Part shown: one piece after another, positions 15,716-29,834 of the stretch
Position numbering within the stretch: position 1 is the first letter of the stretch
How the letters are laid out: each line of letters starts with the position of its first letter
Source of the DNA: the human T2T-CHM13v2.0 reference genome, Homo sapiens
NCBI GenBank assembly: GCA_009914755.4
Contig: CP068257.2
Coordinates: forward strand, 35,520,001-35,584,000
DNA: 64,000 nt
Reading direction: 5' to 3'
Translations under genes and position numbers: made by a program
The notes under the pieces: model-generated
Told to the model about the DNA's origin: nothing
Database searches by the model: none
What the model saw: the letters and a program-made list of their open reading frames with translations, nothing else

Positions 15716-16877
15716 AGAATTTTTTAAAAAAAGAACTAAATATATGAAGGCCTTTAAAAAACAGAAAAACTATTACACACACACGCACACCACAATTTTT
15801 AGGTTATTTTATAGATAGGTTACAGTATACTTCTTCAAAAGGTGCAATCTAAGGAAAGACCAGTCAGTAAAGAAATCCAGACCTATATTAGACTAAACTA
15901 TTTGTAAATGTGTAGATGTGTGAATACTAGGCACAACCATGGTAAATAACACATCCTGGAGTCTGCCCCCTGCTCAGGAGCTGTGTTGAGAAGACAAATC
16001 TATAATTCAGATTCTTTGAAGAAAAATTTAGAGGCAAGAGTGGATGAGACTAATTGCTCAGGGTCACCTAAGGCAAATCTGTATCTAGAGATTAAGAGGA
16101 ACATATCCTAGGGTTGGACTGAGCTGTGGTAAATCACAGGATTATATAACTCTGTACTGTGTTCTGACTTTCGTAACTTGGCTGGGAGAAGGGAAGAGTG
16201 AGCAAGCCCCCTGCCCTCCCCTAAAGCAGGCGCTTTGCCTAAAGCCATGCAGGACTGCAGAAGGCAGCTGCAGATACAGTTGTTGTGTAACACGAGGTAG
16301 GGATGCTTTGGGCACCTACCAGGGCACTATTTATCTTGCTGACTGGATAGCAACTGGCCTAGCACAATAGTTCATTCAGTCGGCAGCTATTAGATAAGAG
16401 GCTAAAGTACGCCACGGGAAAAAGGCAGGGCCTTTAGCCGCAGACCACAGAGTGAGGCCTGCTAAGCCTCTGCCAGCCGTCCCCACCTGTCTGAATGTTT
16501 AGAAACGTGGGGCTATTAGAATTCTAGGGTTTCAGAGAAGATACTGGTCAGCTTCTGCCAGAAGAGACGATGTAAGATGGCAGCAAGCCTGGCATAGTTA
16601 GACAGCTGAACATGCCTGCTTTGAACATAGATCCTCATGGATTTGTGATCCCGGAAAGTTATTTTTAAGTGACAAGATTGTCACTAGTGAGTATCAAGTA
16701 AGCAAATTATAAAGTTAATGCTTGCTTTAACATGCTTTAGGAGATACTCAGGACTGGAGAAATAGGTTTGCCTGGGTTATGCTACACGGTCAAGACTGCC
16801 AGCCACTGTTCATTCAGGTAAATGCAGCACTTGAGCCCTCCAGCTCACTGGCAGGAAAGGGTGAACATGTCTTTTGA

Positions 16878-17199
<322 letters not shown>

Positions 17200-18248
17200 G
17201 ATATAATCCATGTTTATTCTGTAGATTAAAGGTATCATTTTAATAAGGATATATGTATACTATTTAAAGTAGCAATTTTTATTTAAAGTTGTGAAATGAG
17301 TTCAAGCATGTTAATTAGTAAGGCTGTTACTACAGTCCTGAAGTAAAATGCACACTTACTTAAATAGTAAGTAAAGCAGTTTTCATTTCCTGGAATTTTA
17401 CTTCTCATAAAACGACTATTGGGTGGACTTACATCATGCACATATTTAACATAAGAGAGGTCAGTTTTTATGTTCAGCAAAAGATGAAGGGAGGAAAGAG
17501 AGGAAAGGAGGGAGGGAGAGAGAGAAATAATAGAGCACTAGTGAGATAAATTTAACATTTCAATAGTGAACACTGCCTGCCTGCATTCCCCTCACTGACC
17601 ACAAGCTCTGACGTGGATAGGGAACGGGAATGTGCTATTTTTTCATTGGGCTCTCATAAATCTTTTATTGTGTGAGTATTCTACATGGTCCCTTATTCTG
17701 GTGTTTAAAGATCCTAATTTTCCTGCAACATGATCTCTGCAAGCTAACTCTTTAATCCAGAAGCAAGCAGTCTAGGATAATTTTGACTCTGAGCAATCTC
17801 TGCTTCATTTGTTGACTTCATTTGTTGACTAAGGCCCTCGGAAGAAGTGACCGTTTTATATTAGAGGCATGATGGAGAAACTGGACAGAGCTCCTTTTTG
17901 CTGGCTGTTCATCAGGAGTGGGGCTTCACCGTCATTTCAGTAGGAGTCTGTATGAGATTGTAGTCACCTGTTTTCTAATTTGGAGAGTGGAGAATAAAAG
18001 TAGGCATACTGACCACCTTGATTTTTGTAGAGAGGGGTGAGGACCCACATTTTGGGGAATAAGGAATGTTATTTTAGGTGTTGGGGAATGGGTTTACCCA
18101 TTTCCTCTTTTAGACACATTTGGGAAGATTCTGCATATTGTTGATGTTTTATTACTATGGAATCCATATAAAGAATCATAAAATCTTGCTAGTTTATACT
18201 AATTGGAATGAAAGTCTTTATGAATTAGTGAAAACATTGTTTGGGTTT

Positions 18249-18544
<296 letters not shown>

Positions 18545-18862
18545 TCATTGTTATATTTTTAAAGGAATTTAATGCTATACTTTCATCTCCTAGGTCTAAT
18601 AAAGGTAACTATGATAGTAGAAGGCTTTGGCCCACATTATTCAAATCTAATAGACAAGAATTATTATAATTAGCCTAACAATGTTAAATGGTGTTTCTAA
18701 AATGCCCAATAGCTTGAACGAATCTGTTCTCAACTATTTAAATGTTTTTGCTGAGAATATAAGCAAACTATAATCAGCTGCTTTCAGAGATGTGAAACTA
18801 AATGTGATTTTACAGTAAATAATTTCCCTCCTCTTCTGATTTGGGTTTTGTTTTTATTACAG

Positions 18863-19114
18863 GCTTAGATGCCACAGGAACTTTCTTTTCTCGTTATGGA
18901 GCATCTCTTAAACTGCTTGATTTTAGTATCATGACTTTCCTCTGGAATGAGAAATATGGTCACAAACTAGACTCTATAGAAGGAAAGCAACTTGATTATT
19001 TCTCTGAGCCAGCATCATTGAAGGAAGCCCGTTGTTTAATATGGCTGCTAGAAGAACACAGAGACAAGTTCCCAGCATTGCATAGTGCTTTAGATGAATT
19101 CTTTGATATAATGG
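18863..19114 (+). CDS. TTC3: Coding exon, 252 bp; GLDATGTFFSRYGASLKLLDFSIMTFLWNEKYGHKLDSIEGKQLDYFSEPASLKEARCLIWLLEEHRDKFPALHSALDEFFDIM
   Basis: Acceptor tattacAG|gctt and donor aatgg|gtatgt. It matches the ORF-track entry 18841..19200. Confidence 0.9.
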
Positions 19115-21907
19115 GTATGTGGACTGAGTTTAGACTTATATTACATTTAATCTTAAGGGGGAAAAAATCTGTGAAGGACCTAGCTTGTTTAAATATATAA
19201 CAAAGAAAATAGTGAAAATTATTATGGTACAATCAGTTTATGTGGGGAAGTTAGTGATTAACAGTAGCAATTTTTTTATATCATGAAGCTTTTTTACTTT
19301 ATCAGTTAAAGAGATACTCAAATGTAGGTATGTTATGCTAACAATACACAATGTTCTTCCCGTCTTAGATATTTTCACAGCATCATGGGAAAGATTGCAT
19401 GTTACACTGACAGAATCTATTAGTAAGTGGTTTGATTTATAGCATTTTAGAAAACATTGGTCTGCAGAAGTAGGTGATGTTTGCAGAATCTAGAATGGAT
19501 AGCATTCTAGGATGTTTTAATGGGAAGAGCCTAGAACTGGGGGTCAGGAAAAGTAGGTTGTGGCACAGCTTCTTCCTTAGTTTGGTTCATTAAAAACCCT
19601 GTGGGCCCAGTGATGGGTGTTGAGAAGGAATTCAGAAATGCTTACACTTGTCTCTGCCCTTGAGGACCTTGTGTTCTAGAAAAGAGAATAAGAAGCATGC
19701 ACTAATAACAGTAACATGGTAGTAAACTCAATACGGGAGGGCCAGAGAAGGTGCCAAGGGCATCAAAGGAAGGACCCAACACTTTCTTTCTCCCTGGGAG
19801 AGAGGAAAGCTGTGGTGCAGGGGTAGAGTCTCAGATGGGCTGTGAACGTGAAAGTGGAATTAGAAAGCTGGGTGTCAGGGCTTATTTGGAATTGGGGACC
19901 CTATTTGGGTAATGGCATGGAGTCCAGCTTGAACTAACTAGCTAGCTAGCAGCTAATTCCTTCTTTTCTCTTAGATCTTAATTTCCTCACATTAAAATGA
20001 GATGATTTGGAGGCAGTGACATGTGTGGTCCTGTTTTACTTAAAAATTATAATATTCCTAGATTCTAAATGATAATTTCTTACCTTTCATACTATATGAA
20101 CATATTATGATAATCCCCAAGTCCCTCAGAATCAGAAGTCTCCTTTATGTGTTGTTAGGAGTTAGACTTTTAAATGTCATGCTGTTTGTTTTAAAGGGTA
20201 CATTAAAAGGTCTGGCCTTGTACGATGGTGTCACAGATGATAAAGTTCCAATGCATATAAGGAGTGGAAAGCTTACTTTTGACAACAAAAGTTCTTAGAA
20301 AAGAGCACACTCAAATACAGATGGCTTTATCTTTTCAGGATACTGCTTCATGACTGAAGGTGACATGCTACTTGATAGCCTGAATTTATTGCCATCAGTT
20401 TGCTGCTGCTGGTAATAAAATGCTGTCCCGGGACTGAGCTTACAAAACCTGATGCATGTTTGGATCACAAAACAAGACAACTAAAAAGGACACAATTCCC
20501 TCTCAGCATACACTCGTCCTTTAACTTGTGTTCTCTACATATAATACACAGCACTTCCAGCTGCCACTGTTTCTCTGTTTCTAGTCATGAGGTCAGAAGC
20601 CACTAACCAAATTATTGGCAATCCCAATGGATTCTCAAGTGCAGTAGCTCTGCCTTCCACCTTCACCCCAAACATTTTCAGTTTTATCTCTTCATTTAAA
20701 AGAATAGTTATATTTCTTAAAACTTTTCAAAATCTACTGATCTTGTAGATCAGAGTGTTTGACAATGTCATGAGTGCTTTGATAATTGAGAGCCCCGACT
20801 TTTTCCCTGACCTCTTCATGCATGATCCCCTAGGGTATTTCTGTGAGACAGCCAAATAGCCCCTTAAAGCAGTATGACTGAACCCACCTATCACATCTTC
20901 AGAGATCTGTTTTTCCTCAATTTATCTCAGTCAATAATATTGTATATCTAGTATTTAAACAGGAAACTCTGTAATTAGTCTCAATTCTTTCTTTTCAGTA
21001 TTAAGAGTATAACTTGTTTGTCATCAATCCAAATGAGCTTTGTCCTTGATCTGTCCTTTGCTGTCCACCCCACTTCCCGAGGCCAAGACCTTAGTTGTCT
21101 TTCCACAGTTAGACCACTATAGTAGCCTCCAAACTGGACTCCATGCCTCTAGAATCTCCCACTTTTCCGTCTTCCTCTTATATTGCAGCTAGTGACTCTT
21201 CTAGAACATCTGTCTAACATTCTGTTAACTATTCAATTTGGGAAACATTTGTTTAGTTTTACTTGCAGATTAAGTTCACATCATCTGGGGTCTGGGTTCA
21301 TCATCATCCTCTCTCTCTGAGCACACACCCCACTACTGACTGTGCCCAAACCTGCCTTGTGCTTTCCTGCCTCCTGTCTTTACTCACGTAGTTCCCCCAG
21401 CCATGCCCCACCCCTTTGCTTGTTCATTTCAAGAGTAACTTAAATGTCCCCTCTTCCTCAGAGTCTTCTTTGCCCCTCCTGTGGGCCTCTCCCTTGCAGA
21501 CTTCAGACTTGAGTCCTTCGTGAGCTTTGTTGCCTTGTGTTTCACGTGGTCCTTAGCACGCTGGGTTACAGGAGTTTGTCTGTTTGTCTTTCTGGCAGTA
21601 GAACAGGAGTTCATCAATGGTAGGGACTGTCTTGTGCATCTCTATTCCCAGGACTAGCATAGATGGTACCTAGAAGGCACTCAACATTATGCTGAATCAG
21701 ATTGAAGTTTTATGGTTCTTTGTAGTTGGTTTCCCGTTTAGTCAGCCATTTTGCCCTTGGTTTCTAAACCACACTTGTGTCAAAGCCAAATAAGGAATAG
21801 AACATGGCCTATGCCAGTAGTATGAGGAGTTATTTTAAGGCTTTAGTGTACTATATGGAAATGTAAATATTTAGTTTTCTCACAAAACCATCTGTATATT
21901 CCTACAG

Positions 21908-21954
21908 ACAGCCGCTGTACTGTGTTAAGGAAACAAGATAGTGGTGAAGCACCG
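21908..21954 (+). CDS. TTC3: Coding micro-exon, 47 bp; DSRCTVLRKQDSGEAP
   Basis: Acceptor tcctacAG|ac and donor caccg|gtaagt. It restores phase 0 after a phase-1 donor. Confidence 0.8.
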
Positions 21955-23013
21955 GTAAGTTACTTGATCACTTGAAATCTTACGTTCTAATCTATGTTAA
22001 ACCAAGGATGAGAAGGGGACCCAGGCCAGTGTTTATTGACATCACAGCCAGCATTCAAGAACCACATTAAAAGGACGTCTGGGTAGTACGTACTATTATT
22101 TCATTAGAAAGTCACTGCCAGTTTTCCTCTCGGAATTGGAGCAATAATCAGCAAACTATGAGGCTTAAATTAGACAATTTCTATAAAGTTTCAGAGCTGA
22201 TAAACATTAATATTCTAATTAAGAAAGGAAGAGTTCTTCATCTCCTGGCATAAAAATGAAAAGTTGTCTTTAATAACTAAACTTCTAATGTTCTGCTCTA
22301 GAAGGAAAACAAAGGGACTTTGTTTTGAGTGGCTCTAAATTACGTTTAAGTTAAAACAGTTCCAGAGTTGTCTTCCTTAGTAGTTTGCAGTTGCCTTTTA
22401 TTCATTCTTCAGAAATTCTTCAGTTTAGGAAAGTGAGTAAATAGAGAAAAGCACAACATTGTGGCAGTTTTCAAAGAGAAAAATGCCTGTTTACTGATTT
22501 TCAGGAGCAAATCATCTATCTATATGAAATTTTGTCTTAATCTGCTCCATCAAATATTGCCCAGCTAAGCAGGGAAACACAGCTGAAATACTCCATAAGG
22601 AGCTGAAGGCTTCTTTATTCACTGTTTGTGCCCCAGTGTCTGGTCAGGTGCAGAATGTCTAGTTTGGCTTAGTAAAAGAAATATATTAATAATAAAAATA
22701 CTATTATGGCATCTAACTGGAATTACTTAAAAGTCTGATTAATTACTTGAAATAACAGTCCAACCCTGTGGAAAATAAGATAAAAATGTTGGAACAACTT
22801 AATTTTAGTTATAACATTAGGTATTATTAAATTTTGTTTGTTTTCTATTATAAATCGTAGCACTTGGGCTGATACACTGTAGTGTTATTTTTGTTAAACA
22901 TTTTATGTACATTTAACTTATGGCTAGTCTGTAAAAACTCATATGGTTTCTTTATGTTGAGCTTCATAATGCTGTTATTTGAGTGTTCACTGATTTTTCC
23001 CCCCATTTTTTAG

Positions 23014-23070
23014 TTTAGTTCAACCAAGGTGAAAAACAAAAGCAAGAAAAAGAAGCCAAAGGATTCAAAG
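23014..23070 (+). CDS. TTC3: Coding exon, 57 bp; FSSTKVKNKSKKKKPKDSK (basic)
   Basis: Acceptor cccattttttAG|ttt and donor tcaaag|gtatgg. Phase 0-0. Confidence 0.8.
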
Positions 23071-23476
23071 GTATGGAGTATTTTCTGTATTAATTCTTGT
23101 CTAAACTCTCCAAAATAGTTAGTTGGACATATACATTAGAATTGAGCAATTCTTGGGATATTTTGAAACATTTGTAGAGAAAGACTTTCTAGGACTTAAA
23201 GATGTTTTGGCAGTCTTCTACATTTTGAAGAAATTCCAGGTTCATATTATATAATAGCAAGTCTTGACACTCGTATTCTTTATTGTCTTTTTTATTTTTC
23301 TAGGTATTTCTGAGTAAAAAAAAAAAATTGTCATAATGTCCCAAAAAATAAATAAGTCTCAAAAAATAGATAACATATTTAAACTAAAAATGATGAATAC
23401 TAATCATTATGACAGTCCCAGGATTGATAGAATCCCTTCCTTCCTCTCACCAAAGGCTCTCCTCCAAGCCCATTAG

Positions 23477-23785
<309 letters not shown>

Positions 23786-24201
23786 TAAGTCTTTGGTGGG
23801 TTCTTCATGGCTCTTGTGTGTATGTGGGGAGCAGAAAGGGGGATGGAGTGAGAGAGAGTAGCAAATCTTCAAAGGATGAGAACAGTTAAGGAGTTCCAAT
23901 ACAACTTTTATTTTTATCTTTGACTATGTATTTAGTTTAGATAAAATGGGAGTTTAAACTGAGTAACATTTAAATTTTTTTGGAGCATTGGAAACTATCC
24001 TAAATGTTAATTTGAGCTTATTTTTGGCTGTTGAAACTTTTATTACTATGTGTTCCTGTTTATAAGAAAATTTGGATAGATCTTATATATCAGCAATTTG
24101 TATGTGTGTTTATATAAGTATTCATCAATTTTAATGATTTTTTTTCTTTAATGGAATTTTAAGGTAGAAAATCATTGTCATTTTTCTGTCTTTTAAACCA
24201 G

Positions 24202-24275
24202 CCTATGTTAGTTGGGTCTGGAACAACTTCAGTAACTTCAAATAATGAGATCATCACTTCAAGTGAAGACCATAG
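24202..24275 (+). CDS. TTC3: Coding exon, 74 bp; PMLVGSGTTSVTSNNEIITSSEDH
   Basis: Acceptor ttttaaaccAG|cct and donor catag|gtaagt. Confidence 0.85.
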
Positions 24276-25369
24276 GTAAGTATAATTTTTAAATTTTTGC
24301 TTCATTTTAACTCAAATGTCTTTACTTAATAAGTTGTGTTAATTTAATATATATAAACTTGTGTTTTATTTCCCTAACTTTCCTTTCTAAAGCTGTGCAT
24401 CTGACAACCTGATGTAATTCCATCTTGATTACATTTATATAGTGTGGCTAGAAGGCATTAAGAATTCATTCAAACTGTGTTAAAGTCACGACACTGGTGA
24501 CATTCATTCACTAAGTACATATTGAGAACCTACCATGTGCAAGGCTCTGTGGGAAAATCATAGAAAAATGTCTAGAAATTATTCTTTAAAATAGTCAATA
24601 AAGAGAATGTCCTGTTAATACTTACTAGCATTTTTGCTGTAAGAGAGGAAGCTGTTTTGGGAGCTGTATATGATGTTATGTTTTCACCTTATATATTAGT
24701 GATTTTCAATGCCATCTGGTTGTCAAAACTGAGTTTTCAATAAACAAATATTTAAGAAATAAAACTAGTGAGTAGCAGTAACCTTTTTATATCATACTCC
24801 TTTATGAACCAAAAATGTACAACATGGTTTTTTTTTTCTCATTTCTTAAAGGAGCTATCAGAGCAGTTAAAAATTTACGTGGTCATTTTCATGGATTCCT
24901 TAAGTAGGGTAATTGTTTTAAGTTAAAATAATAGCCTGTCTTAGTCAGTTTGGGCTGCTATAACAATATACCATAAACTGGGAGGCTTACACACAGAAAT
25001 TTATTTCTCACAGTTCTGGAGGCTGGGAAGTCCAAGATCAAGGTACTGGCAGATTCAGTGTTTGGTGAGGGCCTGCTTTCTGGTTCATAGATGGTGCCTT
25101 CTTGCTGTGTTTTCTCATGGTGGAAGGGACAAGGCAACTCTCTGGGGCCTCTTTTATAAGGGCACTAAGTCCATTCATGGGGGTAGAGCCTAATTACCTC
25201 CCAAAGAATCCACATCCTAACACCATCACATTGGTGATTAGGTTTCAACATATGAGTTTTGCAGAAACACAAACATTCAGACCATAGCATAGCCTTTACT
25301 GAGATTAATTCTTATGTATCAGACATTGTTTTGGGGGTTTACATACATAAACTCTTTCAATCCACTTAT

Positions 25370-25520
25370 CCTGCCTAGGAGGTAAGTGCTATTATATTCT
25401 GTCCAATGTACAGATAAGGAAACTCTGAGGCACAGTGCAGAGCGACTTGCCCAAGAACACAAAGCTTATAAATAGCAGAGCTGGGATTTAAGTCATGCAG
25501 CCTGGTTTTAGAGTCCACAC
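25370..25520 (-). mobile_element. MIR-like remnant (antisense)
   Basis: cagataaggaaactctgaggcacagtgcagagcgacttgcccaagaacacaaagcttataaatagcagagctgggatttaagtcatgcagcc. Confidence 0.45.
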
Positions 25521-25550
25521 TCAAACTACTACATCTTTTTAGAGTGCTAA

Positions 25551-25859
<309 letters not shown>

Positions 25860-26261
25860 TTAAAAAAAACCTTTTATTAATACCATTTACCAGTCTCAGT
25901 CTCACTTTAAGTTAATTTATAGCAGTTATAATACAATCTTCATTTGTCTTTCAGTCATTTAACAAGTTATAATTAATGCAACTTTTTTTAAAAATATGGA
26001 GTTTTAAGAATTTTGCTCTTTGGAGCAAGACTAAATAATTGAAAGTGCTTACTTAGATTGTCAGATATGATATTTCTCGCCTATAACTGTGGAAGGGTAA
26101 CTTTTCTACACTAAGTTCCCTGGTGCTATTTTTTTGCAACATAGAGCTGAGTAATATATTGCCATTATTGTGTTTATTTCAATTAGACATTCTTCTGGTT
26201 AAATAATAAACCAAAGGTCTATCATCCACAAAATTGGGTGTTTTTTGTTGTTATTTACCAG

Positions 26262-26426
26262 CAATCGAAATTCAGATTCTGCAGGCCCATTTGCAGTGCC
26301 TGACCATCTTCGGCAAGATGTAGAAGAATTCGAAGCTCTCTATGACCAACACAGTAACGAATATGTTGTCCGCAATAAGAAGCTATGGGACATGAACCCA
26401 AAACAAAAATGTTCAACTCTATATGA
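26262..26426 (+). CDS. TTC3: Coding exon, 165 bp; (S)NRNSDSAGPFAVPDHLRQDVEEFEALYDQHSNEYVVRNKKLWDMNPKQKCSTLY
   Basis: Acceptor tatttaccAG|caat and donor tatga|gtaagt. It matches the ORF-track entry 26245..26430. Confidence 0.9.
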
Positions 26427-26544
26427 GTAAGTGGGTTGAAATTTTTACAACCATTATTTTATACTAAGGCTGCCAATTAAAGATCAGAAGTTGTTTAATT
26501 TGTGCCTGTTTTTAGAGATTTTGCCACATTTTACACAAAGTTAA

Positions 26545-26850
<306 letters not shown>

Positions 26851-27761
26851 TGAGGATTTTTAATTATTAAATTTAGAGTCCTAATGATTATTGATTTTGT
26901 CAGTTTGAGCTACTAAGTCGATACTGAGTGGGGTGGATAAAACAAGTAAAAAATTCAGGAAAATCTCAGATAGCTTACCATTTTGAGCTTTGTGTTATTA
27001 GATAGTGCATGAGGCCTTCCTTTTAAGAAAATAAATCAAGGGCTGAGGTCTGTAATAGAGTATTAATTTAAAAGCCAACTCTTCTCCTGGAAGTCCTGTC
27101 AGTAGCATATCCACCATATGGCCCTTTCTTCTGTTTTCCTGTATTGCATCATTCCTATTTAGTTCTGTGCTCTTAGATCCTTCTTCATGGTTTTTCTTTA
27201 GAGTTGAAATGCTGAGCAAATCATATTTCCAGAGAACTCTTGGGTGACAGTGTGGAAACAACTGTAAAATTATACTATTATTTCTTAAAGTATGCTAGAA
27301 TTTGCTTCAGGCATCCAAAAGTAAAGCTAAAGTATGTAGTTTTCAGTATTTACTGTACGCAAATTCAAATAGGATTTGTTTTTGAGATTTGATTTTCTCT
27401 TTTTATTTAAAATTCTTATTGGCATTATTATCTTTCCTGAATAAATTTTTTGTTGTTGTTTTTAGAATAAATTATGTAATTACATAGTTGAAAGTTATGA
27501 AATAACTTTTTGATTTCCTTTTGCTTTCCCCTGCTCCCAGAAAAGTTTTAAATGATCATTTTCTAGGAGGTAGACAAAATTTTCTTTATAGTATCATTGA
27601 TTGCAGTTAACCTTATGTTTGTTATATTTGTTGTTGAGGAAAGGTTGAGATCAGTGAAAAGTGAAACAGTGTTTTCCTTTGGGAGAATAAAAGTTTTTTT
27701 CAAATAGACATATTCAAGTACTTCCTTATAGTAACTCATGTAAATGTAAATTTTTTCCAAG

Positions 27762-28827
27762 TTACTTCTCTCAGTTTTTGGAGGAACATGGTCCCTTGGA
27801 CATGAGTAACAAGATGTTCTCTGCAGAATATGAGTTTTTCCCAGAAGAAACTCGACAGATACTAGAAAAAGCAGGAGGTTTAAAACCTTTTCTCTTGGGA
27901 TGCCCTCGTTTTGTTGTGATTGACAACTGTATTGCACTGAAGAAGGTTGCATCACGGCTCAAGAAAAAAAGGAAGAAGAAAAACATTAAAACAAAAGTAG
28001 AAGAAATTTCAAAAGCAGGGGAGTATGTACGAGTTAAACTACAACTGAATCCAGCTGCTAGGGAATTTAAACCAGATGTAAAGTCTAAACCAGTGTCAGA
28101 TTCATCTTCAGCACCAGCTTTTGAAAATGTGAAACCCAAACCTGTGTCTGCAAATTCTCCCAAGCCAGCTTGTGAAGATGTGAAGGCCAAACCAGTATCC
28201 GACAATTCTTCTAGACAAGTTTCTGAGGATGGGCAACCCAAAGGGGTCTCTTCTAATTCTCCTAAACCAGGCTCTGAGGATGCAAATTACAAGCGAGTCT
28301 CCTGTAATTCCCCCAAACCGGTTCTTGAGGATGTGAAACCAACTTATTGGGCTCAATCCCATTTGGTCACAGGATACTGTACGTATCTTCCTTTCCAGAG
28401 ATTTGATATCACCCAGACACCGCCAGCATACATAAACGTGTTACCAGGTTTGCCCCAGTACACCAGCATATATACACCCTTGGCCAGCCTTTCTCCTGAA
28501 TATCAGCTACCAAGATCAGTACCAGTGGTGCCGTCTTTTGTAGCCAATGACAGAGCAGATAAAAATGCTGCTGCCTATTTTGAGGGTCATCATTTGAATG
28601 CTGAGAATGTTGCTGGTCACCAGATTGCCTCTGAAACACAGATCCTTGAGGGCTCTTTGGGAATATCTGTAAAGTCACACTGCAGCACAGGTGATGCTCA
28701 TACAGTCCTGAGTGAGTCTAACAGAAATGATGAGCACTGTGGAAATTCTAACAACAAATGTGAAGTAATTCCAGAAAGCACCAGTGCAGTAACAAACATT
28801 CCACACGTGCAGATGGTTGCCATACAG
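27762..28827 (+). CDS. TTC3: Large coding exon, 1066 bp / 355 codons; (D)YFSQFLEEHGPLDMSNKMF…[12 protein letters not shown]…KPVS/NSPKP repeats…HVQMVAIQ
   Basis: Acceptor ttttttccaAG|ttac and donor atacag|gtaaga. The ORF-track entry 27778..28842 (354 aa) lies in the same frame. Confidence 0.95.
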
Positions 28828-29768
28828 GTAAGAGTTAAATAGAAAAGTCTTCTTAATACTGAAGTTAAATTTTCCTTTTCATTTTTCATTGCCGTTATAT
28901 TTGCAAGAATCCTTAAAGTTGATTGACTTTATAATGATTACTGAAGCTTTTGCCTGAAAATACTTTTAAAATATGAACTCTTTTGTGAGGCATGACAGGT
29001 AATCTTCTCAGAAAGAAGCTTGGGTCCAGTAAACAATACCCATCTTTGCTACTGAAATTCTACACAGATTGAGAAATAAGACAGCAGGTGGAGCCAAAAC
29101 GTCATCCTAAGAATTAATAAAGGTGCTGGAGGAGAAGGTGGCTGTTTGTAGGAAAGTTCAAGTGCTAGCTGGAAGTGTAGCCTGCATCACAGTGCCTTAC
29201 CTGCCAGTTACAGGAGGGCCCACCTGGAGGCCTTCCAGCGTGGGGTGCCTGCCCCATAGGACTTAGCGCATGAAGGAGGAAGGGAAAATGTGCTGGCAGC
29301 TCCTCAGAAAGAGAAGGAAAAAGGAAGACTCTGACCTACACAGGCCCAGCTTCTCCTGTCAAACCAGGGGAGGAATGAGAATGTTAAAAAGAGACAGCCA
29401 GGTAGAAACAAGAGGGATGTGTATGAGTTCTTTCCTAACAAGGAAGAGATGAAATCAAGATTCTCCTATGGTTGCCTTTATAGGGTATGAATTCATTAAA
29501 TCCTTATTGAATTGCCCCACTCATTATGTTTTCTAGGAAGCTTTGAAAAAAATAGGTTAAGAGCAATGGATCATAATCATTTTCAGTTATACTAATTCTA
29601 AATAACTTTCCTAATATACATGTTTACGGAAAGCATGGAACATGATCTAAATGGGAAAAAAAAACTTGAAAAAATTGTGGGTGTGTTTTAAAGTGTTACT
29701 ACTTGATGGGCTTATTTTACTAGAGCGATTGAGATAAAGTGAATTTTAATTTTTTGTTTTGCCCACAG

Positions 29769-29834
29769 GTATCTTGGAACATAATACACCAAGAAGTCAA
29801 TACTGAGCCATATAATCCTTTTGAGGAACGACAA
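29769..29834 (+). CDS. TTC3: Coding exon, 66 bp; VSWNIIHQEVNTEPYNPFEERQ
   Basis: Acceptor ttgcccacAG|gta and donor cgacaa|gtgagt. Phase 0-0. Confidence 0.85.

Noticed and set aside
27771-28889. Minus-strand ORFs (156, 84, 89 and 63 aa) overlapping the large coding exon.
   Set aside because: They are antisense shadow ORFs opposite a long, low-complexity, stop-poor coding exon. They have no splice context and a repetitive composition.
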